Positions 11,322 through 22,000 of a stretch of DNA of 32,000 nt are shown one piece after another. Both the position numbers and the translations under genes were made by a program. Each line of letters starts with the position of its first letter. The first letter of the stretch is position 1. The DNA is taken from the NCBI RefSeq assembly GCF_009827135.1, contig NZ_CP046534.1, positions 300,001 through 332,000 of the forward strand, given 5' to 3'. The notes beneath the pieces are model-generated. The model searched no databases and was not told the origin of the DNA. It saw only the letters and a list, made by a program, of their open reading frames with translations. This DNA comes from Blochmannia endosymbiont of Camponotus nipponensis (GTDB lineage: Bacteria; Pseudomonadota; Gammaproteobacteria; Enterobacterales; Enterobacteriaceae).

Positions 11322-12623
11322 TCAAACAATATAATCTGTCAATAATTTATTATTTTTTAATAAACGATTCCAATCTACTGAAGATACATATATTTTTAAT
11401 CTAATATAATTATGATCTTCGACCCAATATTCTTTAACAATTTGAGACCTATATAACTGCTGACATAAATCACTATTTATAGGCATTCGTAACTCATAAG
11501 AAATCATATCATTTGATAGTAATTCATTAATAACTTGTGTTAACAAAAAAATACCTAAATCATTTTGAGCTGATATCCACACTCGCACTGGATAACCATC
11601 ATTATCTCGATCAATACGTGGTACCATCTTTTTTAACTGATCTATCTTATTCATTACCAAAAGCATTGGAATATTACGGATATTCATACTATTTAATACA
11701 TAATGCACCGTGTTAATGTTTTTTTCAAATCTTTCATTAGCAACGTCTACAACATGTAATAGTAAAGTCGATTGTATCGTTTCCTGTAAAGTTGCTTTAA
11801 AAGAAGATATTAAACCTCTCGGTAAATTTTGGATAAAACCTACTGTATCCACTAATATAATATTATGTGCTCCCTTATACATAATACGTCTGCATGTAGG
11901 ATCGAGAGTCGAGAACAGTTTTTCTTCTACGTACACATGTGATGCTGTCATTGCATTAAATAAAGTAGATTTTCCAGCATTTGTGTACCCTACTAAAGAA
12001 ACAGTAGGAATTCCAATTCTAAAACGATGACGTCTACTCTGCTCTCTTTGATTCTCTATTTTTTTTAAACGTAATAACACCTGGAGAATCTCTTTACGTA
12101 ATAAACGACGATCGCTTTCTAATTGCATCTCTCCCGAACCCCCTCTCAAACCAATACCTCCCTTTTGACGCTCAAGATGACTCCATTCATGCACTAAACG
12201 AGAATTTAAATGCCGCAATTGAGCTAACTTCACTTGCAATTTGCCTTCATATGTACGCGCACGTCGTGCAAAAATATTAAGAATTAATTGATTCCTATCA
12301 ATTATACTACATTGTAATAAACTTGTAAGATTTCGTTCTTGATGAGGAGATAAAATACAATTGAACAATACAACAGATACAAAATTATTTTTAATTATTT
12401 GTTCCAGTTCTAATACCTTTCCAATTCCGATAAAATATTTAGCATTACAAGTTTTGTAATTATTAGTAATAACATCTAATATTTTCATACCTGCTGTAGA
12501 CGCCAAAGACAAAAATTCTTGTAAATTGAAATTTTCATCTTCTTTTTTTTTATAAGAAAAAGTATGCACTAATATAGCTTGCACATTAAAATCACTTAAA
12601 TCAACCAACCAAAACCACTCCAC
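11322..12623 (-). CDS. hflX: GTPase HflX
   Basis: Contains EGKLQV.LAQL.HL..RLV..W.HLERQKGGIGLRG.GE.QLE.DRR, the G1 motif VSLVGYTNAGKSTLFN, DTVGFI, and NKID. There is no ATG near the 5' end: the ORF-track start at 12623 is GTG. A TTG at 12608, with GGAG 9 nt upstream, aligns exactly with E. coli Met1 and may be the true start. Confidence 0.9.
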   Translation of the reverse strand: MEWFWLVDLSDFNVQAILVHTFSYKKKEDENFNLQEFLSLASTAGMKILDVITNNYKTCNAKYFIGIGKVLELEQIIKNNFVSVVLFNCILSPHQERNLTSLLQCSIIDRNQLILNIFARRARTYEGKLQVKLAQLRHLNSRLVHEWSHLERQKGGIGLRGGSGEMQLESDRRLLRKEILQVLLRLKKIENQREQSRRHRFRIGIPTVSLVGYTNAGKSTLFNAMTASHVYVEEKLFSTLDPTCRRIMYKGAHNIILVDTVGFIQNLPRGLISSFKATLQETIQSTLLLHVVDVANERFEKNINTVHYVLNSMNIRNIPMLLVMNKIDQLKKMVPRIDRDNDGYPVRVWISAQNDLGIFLLTQVINELLSNDMISYELRMPINSDLCQQLYRSQIVKEYWVEDHNYIRLKIYVSSVDWNRLLKNNKLLTDYIV

Positions 12624-12754
12624 AATAAATTATACATAACCACATATAGCAACTATTCATTATTTTTTAACACACTATATATTAACAAAATTTAATAATA
12701 CTAACATTGACAAACTACACACGAAAAATACATAAAAATATTTGAAATAAATAA

Positions 12755-13002
12755 TCAAACTACGGTTTTGTTACAAACACGACTAACATAATCCGAGATA
12801 ACACGAAAAGGTACAATAGTAGATACAGCATGCGTATAAATCATTTGATTAACTGTATTTTTTATACAATATCATAAATATATCAAAAATAAAATCTCTC
12901 CCTTATAATTTAATACCATTTATTAAATAAGTAAAATCCGAGATGCACTCTCAACGTAATATATTTAAAAAATGAAATTTATAATAATTAAACTTTATTC
13001 AT
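12755..13002 (-). pseudogene. hfq: Degraded hfq (RNA chaperone Hfq) relic with two in-frame stops and at least two frameshifts
   Basis: It is not in the ORF track. On the reverse strand, AAGGAA (13011-13016) sits 8 nt upstream of ATG (13002-13000) followed by AAT AAA G, after which the frame is lost. The homologous frame reads IKFNYYKFHFLNILR*ECISDFTYLINGIKL*GRDFIFDIFMILYK, then a frameshift in the A6 run at 12858-12863, then NTVNQMIYTHAVSTIVPFRVISDYVSRVCNKTVV*. This is gaplessly collinear with E. coli Hfq residues 2-68 (..[60 protein letters not shown]). It occupies the syntenic slot between miaA and hflX. Confidence 0.78.
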
Positions 13003-13059
13003 TTTTTAATTTCCTTAAAAACTAGTTTTTTATCATTTTAAATATCCAAATCAGTCATA

Positions 13060-14043
13060 TCAATTTAGTATATCAGATAAATTTTTAGTTAATATCTTTG
13101 ATATAATATCAACCGACTCACACAAGTTATTACTATCTAACCACCGCAAATCTGGCCACTTGCGCAACCAAGTTAACTGATGTTTTGCAAATCGCCGAGT
13201 AGCACAAATTCCTTTAATTATCATCTGATCATAGCCAATATCACCAGATAAATATTCCCACATCTGACGATAACCGACACAACAAATAGATGACTTTATT
13301 CCTTTTGTGTGCAAATCGGGCCTATCAAATAATATACTAACTTCATTCTCAAACCCAACATCTAACATTCTATAAAAACGTTGCTCAATTCGTTTATTTA
13401 AAATATCACGACTTGAAGGAACAACAGCGAACTGATATAATTGATATTTCAGTTTTTGATTATTAATTGATTTTAATTCAGTACACGTTCTACCAGAAAT
13501 AAAAAAAATTTCTAATGCTCGAATTATTCTTTTATGATCATTTAAATGGATTTTATTAGCCGAAATAGGATCAATACGTTTCAATAGAGCATACATATTT
13601 ACCCATCCTATTCTCTGTGCTTCACATTCTAAATCATCACGAATTTTTTGATTAGTTGGTGGTAAAAAAAACAATCCTTCCATCAAAATTTTAAAATATA
13701 ACATTGTTCCACCAACTAGCAAAGGTATACGTCCGGATTTTATAATTTTTTCTATTTCACTATTTGCATCACAAAAAAAATCTGCTGCTGAATAACATTC
13801 GACGGGATCACGAATATCTATCAATTTATGTGGAGCTAGTTTTAACTCTTCAGGAACAGGCTTAGCTGTACCAATATTCATACCACGATACACCAAAGCC
13901 GAATCAACACTGATAATATCTATTTTTACTTCTCTTTTTTTCAAAGCTATAGCTAAACTTGTTTTTCCAGAAGCCGTAGGACCCATTAAAAATATAATTG
14001 ATGGCTGATTTTTAATACTATTATTCCTTAACCTATGCAACAT
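13060..14043 (-). CDS. miaA: tRNA dimethylallyltransferase MiaA
   Basis: Contains IFLMGPTASGKTSLAI (P-loop), ISVDSALVYRGMNIGTAKP, IPLLVGGTMLYFK, CVGYRQMWEYL and ATRRFAKHQLTWLR. Full-length collinear with E. coli MiaA. Confidence 0.95.
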   Translation of the reverse strand: MLHRLRNNSIKNQPSIIFLMGPTASGKTSLAIALKKREVKIDIISVDSALVYRGMNIGTAKPVPEELKLAPHKLIDIRDPVECYSAADFFCDANSEIEKIIKSGRIPLLVGGTMLYFKILMEGLFFLPPTNQKIRDDLECEAQRIGWVNMYALLKRIDPISANKIHLNDHKRIIRALEIFFISGRTCTELKSINNQKLKYQLYQFAVVPSSRDILNKRIEQRFYRMLDVGFENEVSILFDRPDLHTKGIKSSICCVGYRQMWEYLSGDIGYDQMIIKGICATRRFAKHQLTWLRKWPDLRWLDSNNLCESVDIISKILTKNLSDILN

Positions 14044-14241
14044 AAAAATGTTATTACCTTAAATCATTGCCATAATTTACTAATCAACTTCAATCATTTC
14101 AAAAAATATTTTGATCTTTACATTAAGCGTATATGATAGATATTAACAATAATTTATTAAAAAAATCAAATCACATAATCACTGATTTATATAAAAGTGC
14201 TATTTATCATGCATTAATCTGCAGTAATAAGTGTGTTTATC

Positions 14242-15519
14242 TCATGAATGACCCAATAGTTTTTTCTGTGGCATAACGAAATAAGAACATAAACCCTTAT
14301 ATAAAGCATTAGCTATTTTCTCTTGATAACCATTATTCGCAAGCAAACACTCCTCTTTCACGTTACTAATAAATCCAGTTTCTACTAAAATAGATGGAAT
14401 ATCAGGAGATCTTAATACACCAAAACTAGAATACTCAGGTATATTCTTATGTAAATGAGCGACATTCTTTAATTGGAGTAACACATGAGCCGCAATATCA
14501 TATCCTACCCGTTGAGCGTAACCAAATTGTAAATCTAAAACTAAATGATTAAAATACGGATCACTGCGGTAACTAGTTAGTATATCTCCCAATCCTCCCA
14601 ATAACTCTGCATGTTTTTCGCTACACTGCAACCAATGCATCATTTCACTTTTAGCACGCCTATTAGATAACACCCAAACTGATGCTCCTCTAACATTAGC
14701 ATTTAAAGTAGAATCCGCATGAATAGAAATTAATATATTTGCTCCTCTCTTTCGGGCCAAATCAGAACGCTCCATAACCGATAAAAAATAGTCTCCGTCT
14801 CGGATCATAACAGCTCTGAAGCTCGGATCCAAATCCAATAATATTTTTAATTTCTTAGCTATATTAATTGTAACATTTTTCTCATATATTCCATGATATC
14901 CTGTGGCTCCTGGATCTTGTCCACCATGTCCTGCATCAATAGCCACAATAATAGGGGCGAATGTTACTTGCCTATTATGATTCTGTTTTTTTATGAATTG
15001 TGTGTCTATTATTCTTTTTGGATGATTTATCGCATGATTTGAATAAACGGAAGTTTTCCGATCTGTAACAGATGATATCTTATGAATATTTGTATCAGAT
15101 CTAGTAAATACTTTTTTTTTTAAAATTGTCAATATAATATGATAATTATCTTGTATTTGTTTTTGTGTAATCGTTCCTATATTCGCGGGAGAACTTAAAT
15201 CCAATACAATACGTATACTTTGATGATTAACAGATGTATTTGTTCGAATACATTTAACTAAATTAATACCATTAAAATGTATTGGAAATATATTATTTTT
15301 CGCTTTAGATTCTTTTAAAAGGTCTATTACAATCCTTTCTGGATTATGCAAAGAGAACACCATATATACAGGGAAAGCATTGCAATCTAATATTACCGTG
15401 GCTTGATTTACATTATTTGTCACAGAAATCGCACTAAGAGTAGATGCTATAACTAATTCGAAATATAAATATTTCGAAAATATCATCATGACAAAAATTA
15501 TGTCGTACTTCCACTTCAT
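14242..15519 (-). CDS. amiB: N-acetylmuramoyl-L-alanine amidase AmiB (N-terminal AMIN domain plus Amidase_3 domain)
   Basis: Contains IVAIDAGHGGQDPGA, KNVTI.IAKKL, RDGDYF.SVMERSD.ARK..AN.L.SIHAD, GASVWVLSNRRA.SEM, LDLQFG..QRVGYD and GVLRSPDIPS.LVETGFISN. The ORF-track start at 15534 is TTG. The first ATG, at 15519, forms an ATGA overlap with the tsaE stop (TGA 15516-15518), suggesting translational coupling. Confidence 0.9.
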   Translation of the reverse strand: MKWKYDIIFVMMIFSKYLYFELVIASTLSAISVTNNVNQATVILDCNAFPVYMVFSLHNPERIVIDLLKESKAKNNIFPIHFNGINLVKCIRTNTSVNHQSIRIVLDLSSPANIGTITQKQIQDNYHIILTILKKKVFTRSDTNIHKISSVTDRKTSVYSNHAINHPKRIIDTQFIKKQNHNRQVTFAPIIVAIDAGHGGQDPGATGYHGIYEKNVTINIAKKLKILLDLDPSFRAVMIRDGDYFLSVMERSDLARKRGANILISIHADSTLNANVRGASVWVLSNRRAKSEMMHWLQCSEKHAELLGGLGDILTSYRSDPYFNHLVLDLQFGYAQRVGYDIAAHVLLQLKNVAHLHKNIPEYSSFGVLRSPDIPSILVETGFISNVKEECLLANNGYQEKIANALYKGLCSYFVMPQKKLLGHS

Positions 15520-16001
15520 GTATCCAATTTCCAATATACTAACAAAGCATCTAGCATGCTGTGACCTAAATTACTGAAAGATTCTATAATCACTTGCCTA
15601 GATTCTTTATGTTCATGATAATTTATCGTCACTGAAATATCTTCTGTCGGTAACATTCCCATCCCTTTTTTTGGCCATTCTATTAAACATATGGCACGAC
15701 CATCAAAATAATCTCTTATTCCCATGCACTCAAGATCTTCTGAAGAATTTAACCGATAAAAATCACAATGAAATACATACCAACGCGCTAAAGTATAAGA
15801 TTCAATCAAAGTATAAGTTGGACTATTTACATGTCCAATATGCCCTAATTCATTTAAAAAACCTTTACAAAAAACAGATTTTCCTGACCCTACATAGCCA
15901 TTTAAATAAATCACACAACCTGGAGCACAAACTGTAGCTAATGTAGCACCTAACAACAGGGTTTCCGATTCATCAAATAATATCAATACACATTTATTCA
16001 T
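15516..16001 (-). CDS. tsaE: tRNA t6A37 threonylcarbamoyltransferase complex ATPase subunit TsaE (YjeE)
   Basis: The 161-aa product has VIYLNGYVGSGKSVF.KGFL..LGH.G.V.SPTYTL.E.Y....W.VFH.DFYRL....ELE.MGIRDYF...AICL.EWP..G, collinear with E. coli TsaE. It lies upstream of amiB, as in E. coli. Confidence 0.9.
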   Translation of the reverse strand: MNKCVLILFDESETLLLGATLATVCAPGCVIYLNGYVGSGKSVFCKGFLNELGHIGHVNSPTYTLIESYTLARWYVFHCDFYRLNSSEDLECMGIRDYFDGRAICLIEWPKKGMGMLPTEDISVTINYHEHKESRQVIIESFSNLGHSMLDALLVYWKLDT

Positions 16002-16585
16002 TGTTAATATAATTCAAAATCTTACGCAAACAAAATACCTTATAGACAAAAGATATCAAATCCTAACATAAACACTTGCTTTTATACATTTTTAAAAAAT
16101 ATAAAAATATACATAAAATTTTTCGAAAAATATTAAAATCATAAAATATATTAATATATTTACCTAAACTAAAATAAAAATTAACAGTATATATAAAATA
16201 TATAATATGTAATATATACACACCTAAAAAAATCAATTTATGTTATAATAAACTTGTTATATTAAGACATTGATCTTTCGGATCAAAATATATTTTATAT
16301 AAAAAATAAAATAATAGATATTTAAAATCGTATGTATTAATAAAATACAGTATACATTGCTAATATTCTCACAAAATTAACACATAATCACATGTCAATA
16401 TGACATGTATCAATGACGAATCTCATCATTCATAGTAATGAATACACATATTTTAATTATGTAAAAACTACATAAAATTCATAATTTATATTCAATGTGA
16501 CATACTTAAATTATATTGCAATATCTATTTTAAACTTTATTCATATTAATACATAATAAATAATATAACACTTAAATAATCAAAA

Positions 16586-16661
16586 TGGAGCGGGAAACGA
16601 GGTTCGAACTCGCGACCCCAACCTTGGCAAGGTTGTACTCTTCCCACTGAGCTATTCCCGC
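16586..16661 (-). tRNA. glyV: tRNA-Gly, anticodon GCC, with genomically encoded CCA
   Basis: The reverse complement reads GCGGGAATAGCTCAGTGGGAAGAGTACAACCTTGCCAAGGTTGGGGTCGCGAGTTCGAACCTCGTTTCCCGCTCCA (76 nt). It has a 7-bp acceptor stem, anticodon loop TTGCCAA and a GTTCGAA T-loop. It is near-identical to E. coli glyV/X/Y and lies downstream of orn, as in E. coli. Confidence 0.96.
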
Positions 16662-16826
16662 TTAATCAAAAACAAAAAATACAATATAAATATTACTTAA
16701 TTAACTTACGTACTCGTTATAAACAACACCAACATTACATACAAACATAATTGTTAATATAAACTCAATCTCCTCTTATTATTATTCCAAATAATAATAT
16801 TTGCCGTGCATCCACCTTATGTTATC

Positions 16827-17366
16827 TTATAACTGTATGAAATACTTGCGATAATACATTAATTCTGAAACAGATGCACGAATATCTTCCAATGCGCTAT
16901 GAGTTTTACACAACTGCAACCCAGATATCAAATCTGGTCTCCAGCGAATCATCAATTCTTTAATTGTACTAACATCTAAATAATGATAATTAAAATATGA
17001 TTCTAATTCTGGCATATACCGAAATAAAAATCGACGATCCTGGGCTACACTATTTCCACATATCGGAGATTTTTTACAATCAACCCAATTTCTTAAAAAT
17101 TTTATTGTCAAATTCGATGCGCTAATTTCATCTAATCTACTAGCTCTTACCTTTTTTAGTAACCCAGTAGCATTATGAACACATACATTCCAATCATCCA
17201 TCAATAATAACTGTGATTCAGATTGATGTATTGCTATAACAGGCCCTTCCGACAAAACGTTCAATTTATCATCGGTTATTAAAGTAGCTATTTCCAAAAT
17301 ACGATCCTGTTCTGGATTCAATCCAGTCATCTCTAAATCAATCCATATCAAATGATTATCACCCAT
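16827..17366 (-). CDS. orn: Oligoribonuclease
   Basis: The 179-aa product has [36 protein letters not shown]...DRRFL.RYMP.LE..FHYR-like ([12 protein letters not shown]) and H.ALEDIR.S..EL.YYR, which is the DEDDh exonuclease pattern of Orn. Confidence 0.95.
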   Translation of the reverse strand: MGDNHLIWIDLEMTGLNPEQDRILEIATLITDDKLNVLSEGPVIAIHQSESQLLLMDDWNVCVHNATGLLKKVRASRLDEISASNLTIKFLRNWVDCKKSPICGNSVAQDRRFLFRYMPELESYFNYHYLDVSTIKELMIRWRPDLISGLQLCKTHSALEDIRASVSELMYYRKYFIQL

Positions 17367-18081
17367 ATAACCTCATTTAATTTGTTTCACTGAATGTTTA
17401 CTCCAGTAAAAAAGTGGTATTATCGTAGTACCCTCATTTTTTATTAATATCATGTTTACATATTAAATGTTAATGAAACTTATAAAAAACTTATATACAA
17501 CATCACCAAATATCAGTCATTCAAATTTTTTAACATTAAATGATTGATATTAACATACTCTTGTAAAGACATATCAAGTATTAAACAAAAAGCCACTAAA
17601 TTATTTTAAAAAATTATAAAATTACTATTACTTATAAATTTTGTTTATGTTAATTTTATAAAATAAAATAACTAATCACTTAATGCATCACAAAACTTTT
17701 CAAGTTACATTTTTTATAATACTATCAAAATTAATAATCACTGCTTATCTTACAACTAAAATGAAGTAATGACCTTTATTATAAAAGTTCATTACACAAT
17801 CACTGTCATAAAAATAAAACTCCACACATCCTTAAAATTAATAAAAACTATATAATTAATAATCTCTATCAGCTCATAATTTCTTTTTAACAATAACCTG
17901 AACTTTACTATCAAAATACAACTAAATAACTTTTACATACTTTTATACGATTAAAAACACATTATATGTTATATTAATATTTAAAAGTAAAACGAATATC
18001 TAAAACAAAATAAAAAACATACATAATCTAAACACTATAAATCGACAAGTAAAAATTAATAATCTAAATTAGGTATATATT

Positions 18082-18984
18082 ATGTTAGAAAAAATACAAA
18101 TTTTATTACAATACTTATTACCAAAATATTGGATTACCTACTTAGCAGGACTAGTATCCTCATGGAAAGGCGGATGGATAACACGTTATGCTATCCTACT
18201 ATTCATTCATGTCTATAAGATAGACATGAATGAATCTGATAAACCAAATGTCACCAATTATGCAACATTTAATGAATTTTTTACTCGGAAATTACATAAA
18301 AACGCTCGACCTATTGATACTAATCCATCTACTTTAATTATTCCAGCTGATGGGATCATCACCCAAATAGGAAAAATAAACCAAACAAACATATTCCAAG
18401 TAAAAAATATCTCCTATCCTTTAGACGGATTGCTAGCAGGCCATGATAACATCATTGACTACTTTAGCGATGGCAGTTTTGTTATTTTTTATATACCTCC
18501 TCAAAACTGCCATCGTATATATATGCCTTGCACAGGTACACTCCGAGAAATGTTATATATACCCGGTGATTTGTTTTCAGTACACCCAAAAATTACTAAA
18601 AATATACCTAATATATTTTCTCGTAATGAAAGAGTCATCTGTTTATTCGAAACAGATTTTGGATATATGGCTCAAATTTTAGTTGGAGCTATGATAGTAG
18701 GGAGCATAGAAACTACATGGTTAGGAAAGATTACCCCACCACGAGAAGGCGTTGTTAAACATTGGCATTACCCCACAAATAATACCAATACCACAAATAA
18801 TAATAAAAATGCTGATAATACCATTATATTGCAAAAAGGAGATGAAATGGGGCTATTTAAATTAGGATCTACTGTTATTAATTTATTCGATGACAAACAA
18901 GTTATTTTTAATAATCTACTACAACCACACAGTATTGCTCGTATTGGTATGCCTTTAGCACGAGGATGCAATCAAAAAAAATAA
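18082..18984 (+). CDS. psd: Phosphatidylserine decarboxylase proenzyme
   Basis: Contains FNEFFTR.L....[39 protein letters not shown] and [27 protein letters not shown]. The self-cleavage motif [11 protein letters not shown] (LGST) is present. Confidence 0.95.
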   Translation: MLEKIQILLQYLLPKYWITYLAGLVSSWKGGWITRYAILLFIHVYKIDMNESDKPNVTNYATFNEFFTRKLHKNARPIDTNPSTLIIPADGIITQIGKINQTNIFQVKNISYPLDGLLAGHDNIIDYFSDGSFVIFYIPPQNCHRIYMPCTGTLREMLYIPGDLFSVHPKITKNIPNIFSRNERVICLFETDFGYMAQILVGAMIVGSIETTWLGKITPPREGVVKHWHYPTNNTNTTNNNKNADNTIILQKGDEMGLFKLGSTVINLFDDKQVIFNNLLQPHSIARIGMPLARGCNQKK

Positions 18985-19039
18985 CTATATACATATACTC
19001 ACATGCATATTTTAAACCCATGAATAACATTTTATATCA

Positions 19040-22000
19040 ATGGACACTGTTCAAAAAAGAGCAATATTTTGTAAATATTTTTTTTTCTTAATATATATAT
19101 TAGGATATTTGTTTCCATTAACAACCATATCATGTAATTTTTCATATACACAAGAAATAAAAAAATATTTACAAAATGCACAAAAAAAAGAAAATATTAA
19201 TATTCAGAATAAAACCATGATTAATAGTCCACAATCTACCTTGCATTTTATTTCTGAAAGAAAATATTCCAAAATTAAAATTAATAAAAATCAAAAAGTT
19301 ATAAATGACTTCTCACATATAACTTTTCAATTAATTAAGGAATACGAAAAAACATCCAATAAAAATATTAATATTTATAAAAATCTTTGTGATCCTGAAC
19401 TAAAACAAAAATTATTTCAAATTAATAATCAATTAACAAATTCACCAAAACAATTACAACAAAAACATTATATTGAATATTCTCTCAATGAATCACTAAT
19501 GTTTTTACCGAAACAACAAGTTACTACTCAAAACAAATTAAATAATTTAGATCAACAAAAAATATTATATGTTAATACAAGTATCAATACCCCCATAGAA
19601 CCAAAAAAATTTACTACATCACACATAGAACAAAAAAATAAATCATTAAATATGGACGAACTTAAATTTAATCAATTAAAAGTCAATAATTACAAAGAAT
19701 TATCCCCAATACACATAACATTACTTAATAACAATTACAATCATACAGATAATAAATTAGAGGTATTAAAACATCAATTAAACTATATACATCAAGAAGA
19801 AACTAAAAAAACAGTTGAATATACAAAAAAAGTATTAATACAAGAGAACAATGCATTACCAAAATCCATAGAAAAACAACTAAAAACTAATCGGGATCTT
19901 GCAATTATTCTTAATCAACAAGCACATTACATAAATAATATTGCATTAAAGAAACAAGAAATTGCATCACATATTTCACAAGTACACCAGACCTTTCATA
20001 ACTTACTAGAACAAGCCCAATGGTTAGATAAATCCCCAGCTCTTAGAGAAATACTTCGCTCTCAAGTTTCCAAGTTACCAGAAATGCCTAAATCTCAACA
20101 ATTAGATCACGATATGGCGCAACTAAGAGCTAAACGCCTACGATACGAAAATCAATTAAATAAACTAAATTCACCTATGTTACATCAAATAAAACAAGAT
20201 GACGGCACCCCATTAACATTGTCACAACAACATATTCTTGAAACACAGCTTGCCACACAACGCAATATTATTACTCTATTATTGAATAATATAGAAAAAC
20301 AAATACTCGAATTAACACAGTTAAAAGTTGCACATACGGAACTTAAAGAAGCATTAAAAAACATACGAAAAGCTATACATCGCTATTTATTTTGGACCAC
20401 TGATGTCCATCCAATCACTGTATCCTATCCAATAGACATTTATCAAGATTTATACAAATTATTAATTATCGACAAATTTAACTACCAAATAATATCTTCA
20501 TTAAAAATGATTTTCACTAATCGTAACACATGGATACCAATAATATTATGTATAATAATATCAATTGGATTTCATTTTGGTGCATATCATCATTATCAAA
20601 AATTTTTAGAACGATCTAGCAAAAAAATAGGCAAGGTAAATCAAGATAATTTTTTACTTACTTTTCATAATATATGGTACTCAATGTTGATCGCTTTACC
20701 AGCTCCAATATTATGGATGGTCATAGGATATAGTTTAAATCATGCTTGGTTATATCCCATTTCTGTTGCAATTAGTGATGGAATCTATGCTACAACTTTT
20801 ATATTATGGATGTGTATAGTAAGCGCTTATTTTGCATCCTCAAAAGGATTATTTATTACTCATTTTGGTTGGCCAAAAAAAAGAGTTCAACAAGTTTTCT
20901 CACATCACTATATCTGGTCTGTTGGAACAATTGTTTTTTTAATAATGACATTAATTGCATTCAACAGTTACAACGATAAAGAATTTAATAATACTTTAGG
21001 GCGTTTATGTTTCATTTTATTATGTGTTTATTTAACTTTTATTACTAATAATCTAAAGTGCTCCGGATTACCTTTATATTTAAATAAATATGACTCCTCT
21101 GACAATATTATCAATCGTTCTTTGTGGAATATAATGATATGCGCTCCAATAATAGCAGTAATTTCTTGTACTGTAGGTCATTTGATTGCTTCACAGGAAT
21201 TATTGGCACGACTAGAAACATCATTATTCATTTGGATTATGTTATTAATTATATATCATACAATTCGTAGATGGATGTCTATTCAACGACGTCGTATTGC
21301 TTTTGAACGCGCCAAACAAAAACGAGTAATACAATTAGCTCACAGAACAAGATATAATGAATCAAATTATTGTCAATTAAACACTAGTACACTAATATTC
21401 GATAACGAAAAAAACAAAAAGATTTTAGATTTAGATACTATTAGCACACAATCCTTACAATTAATACGATCTATTCTTACTATTATAGCTCTATTATTGA
21501 TGACTTTTTTATGGTCTGATTTATATTCAGCATTTTCTTTTTTAGAAAATATTACACTATGGGATGTAACATCTACTATAAAGGGAGCAGACAATATTCA
21601 ACCCATAACATTAAATTCATTTCTTATTGCTATTTTAGTAATAATAATAACTAAAAAAACAGTGAAAAATTTACCAGCACTGCTAGAGCTTACCTTTCTA
21701 CAACACTTAGATCTTACGCCAGGAACAGGATACGCCATTACTACATTAACTAAATACATACTGATGTTGATCGGAGGAATGATAGGATGTTCTTTAATAG
21801 GCATAGAATGGACTAAAATACAATGGTTAGTAGCAGCATTAGGAGTAGGATTAGGATTCGGCTTACAAGAAATTTTTGCTAATTTCATTTCTGGATTAAT
21901 GATACTTTTTGAAAAACCAATTCGTATTGGCGACACCGTAACCATCAACAATCTCACTGGTAATATTACTCGCATTAATACCCGTGCAACTATTATTACT

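Noticed and set aside
12755-13002. The idea that the hfq region is a functional gene read with TGA recoded as a sense codon.
   Set aside because: TGA clearly terminates tamA, tsaE and miaA in this window. There is in addition a TAA stop and at least two frameshifts, so recoding cannot restore an open frame.
16040-16078. A possible nnr (yjeF) C-terminal remnant (QVFMLGFDIFCL*) just upstream of tsaE.
   Set aside because: Only about 5 of 10 residues match, all are residues common in AT-rich translations, and the similarity does not extend upstream. That is insufficient to call a pseudogene.
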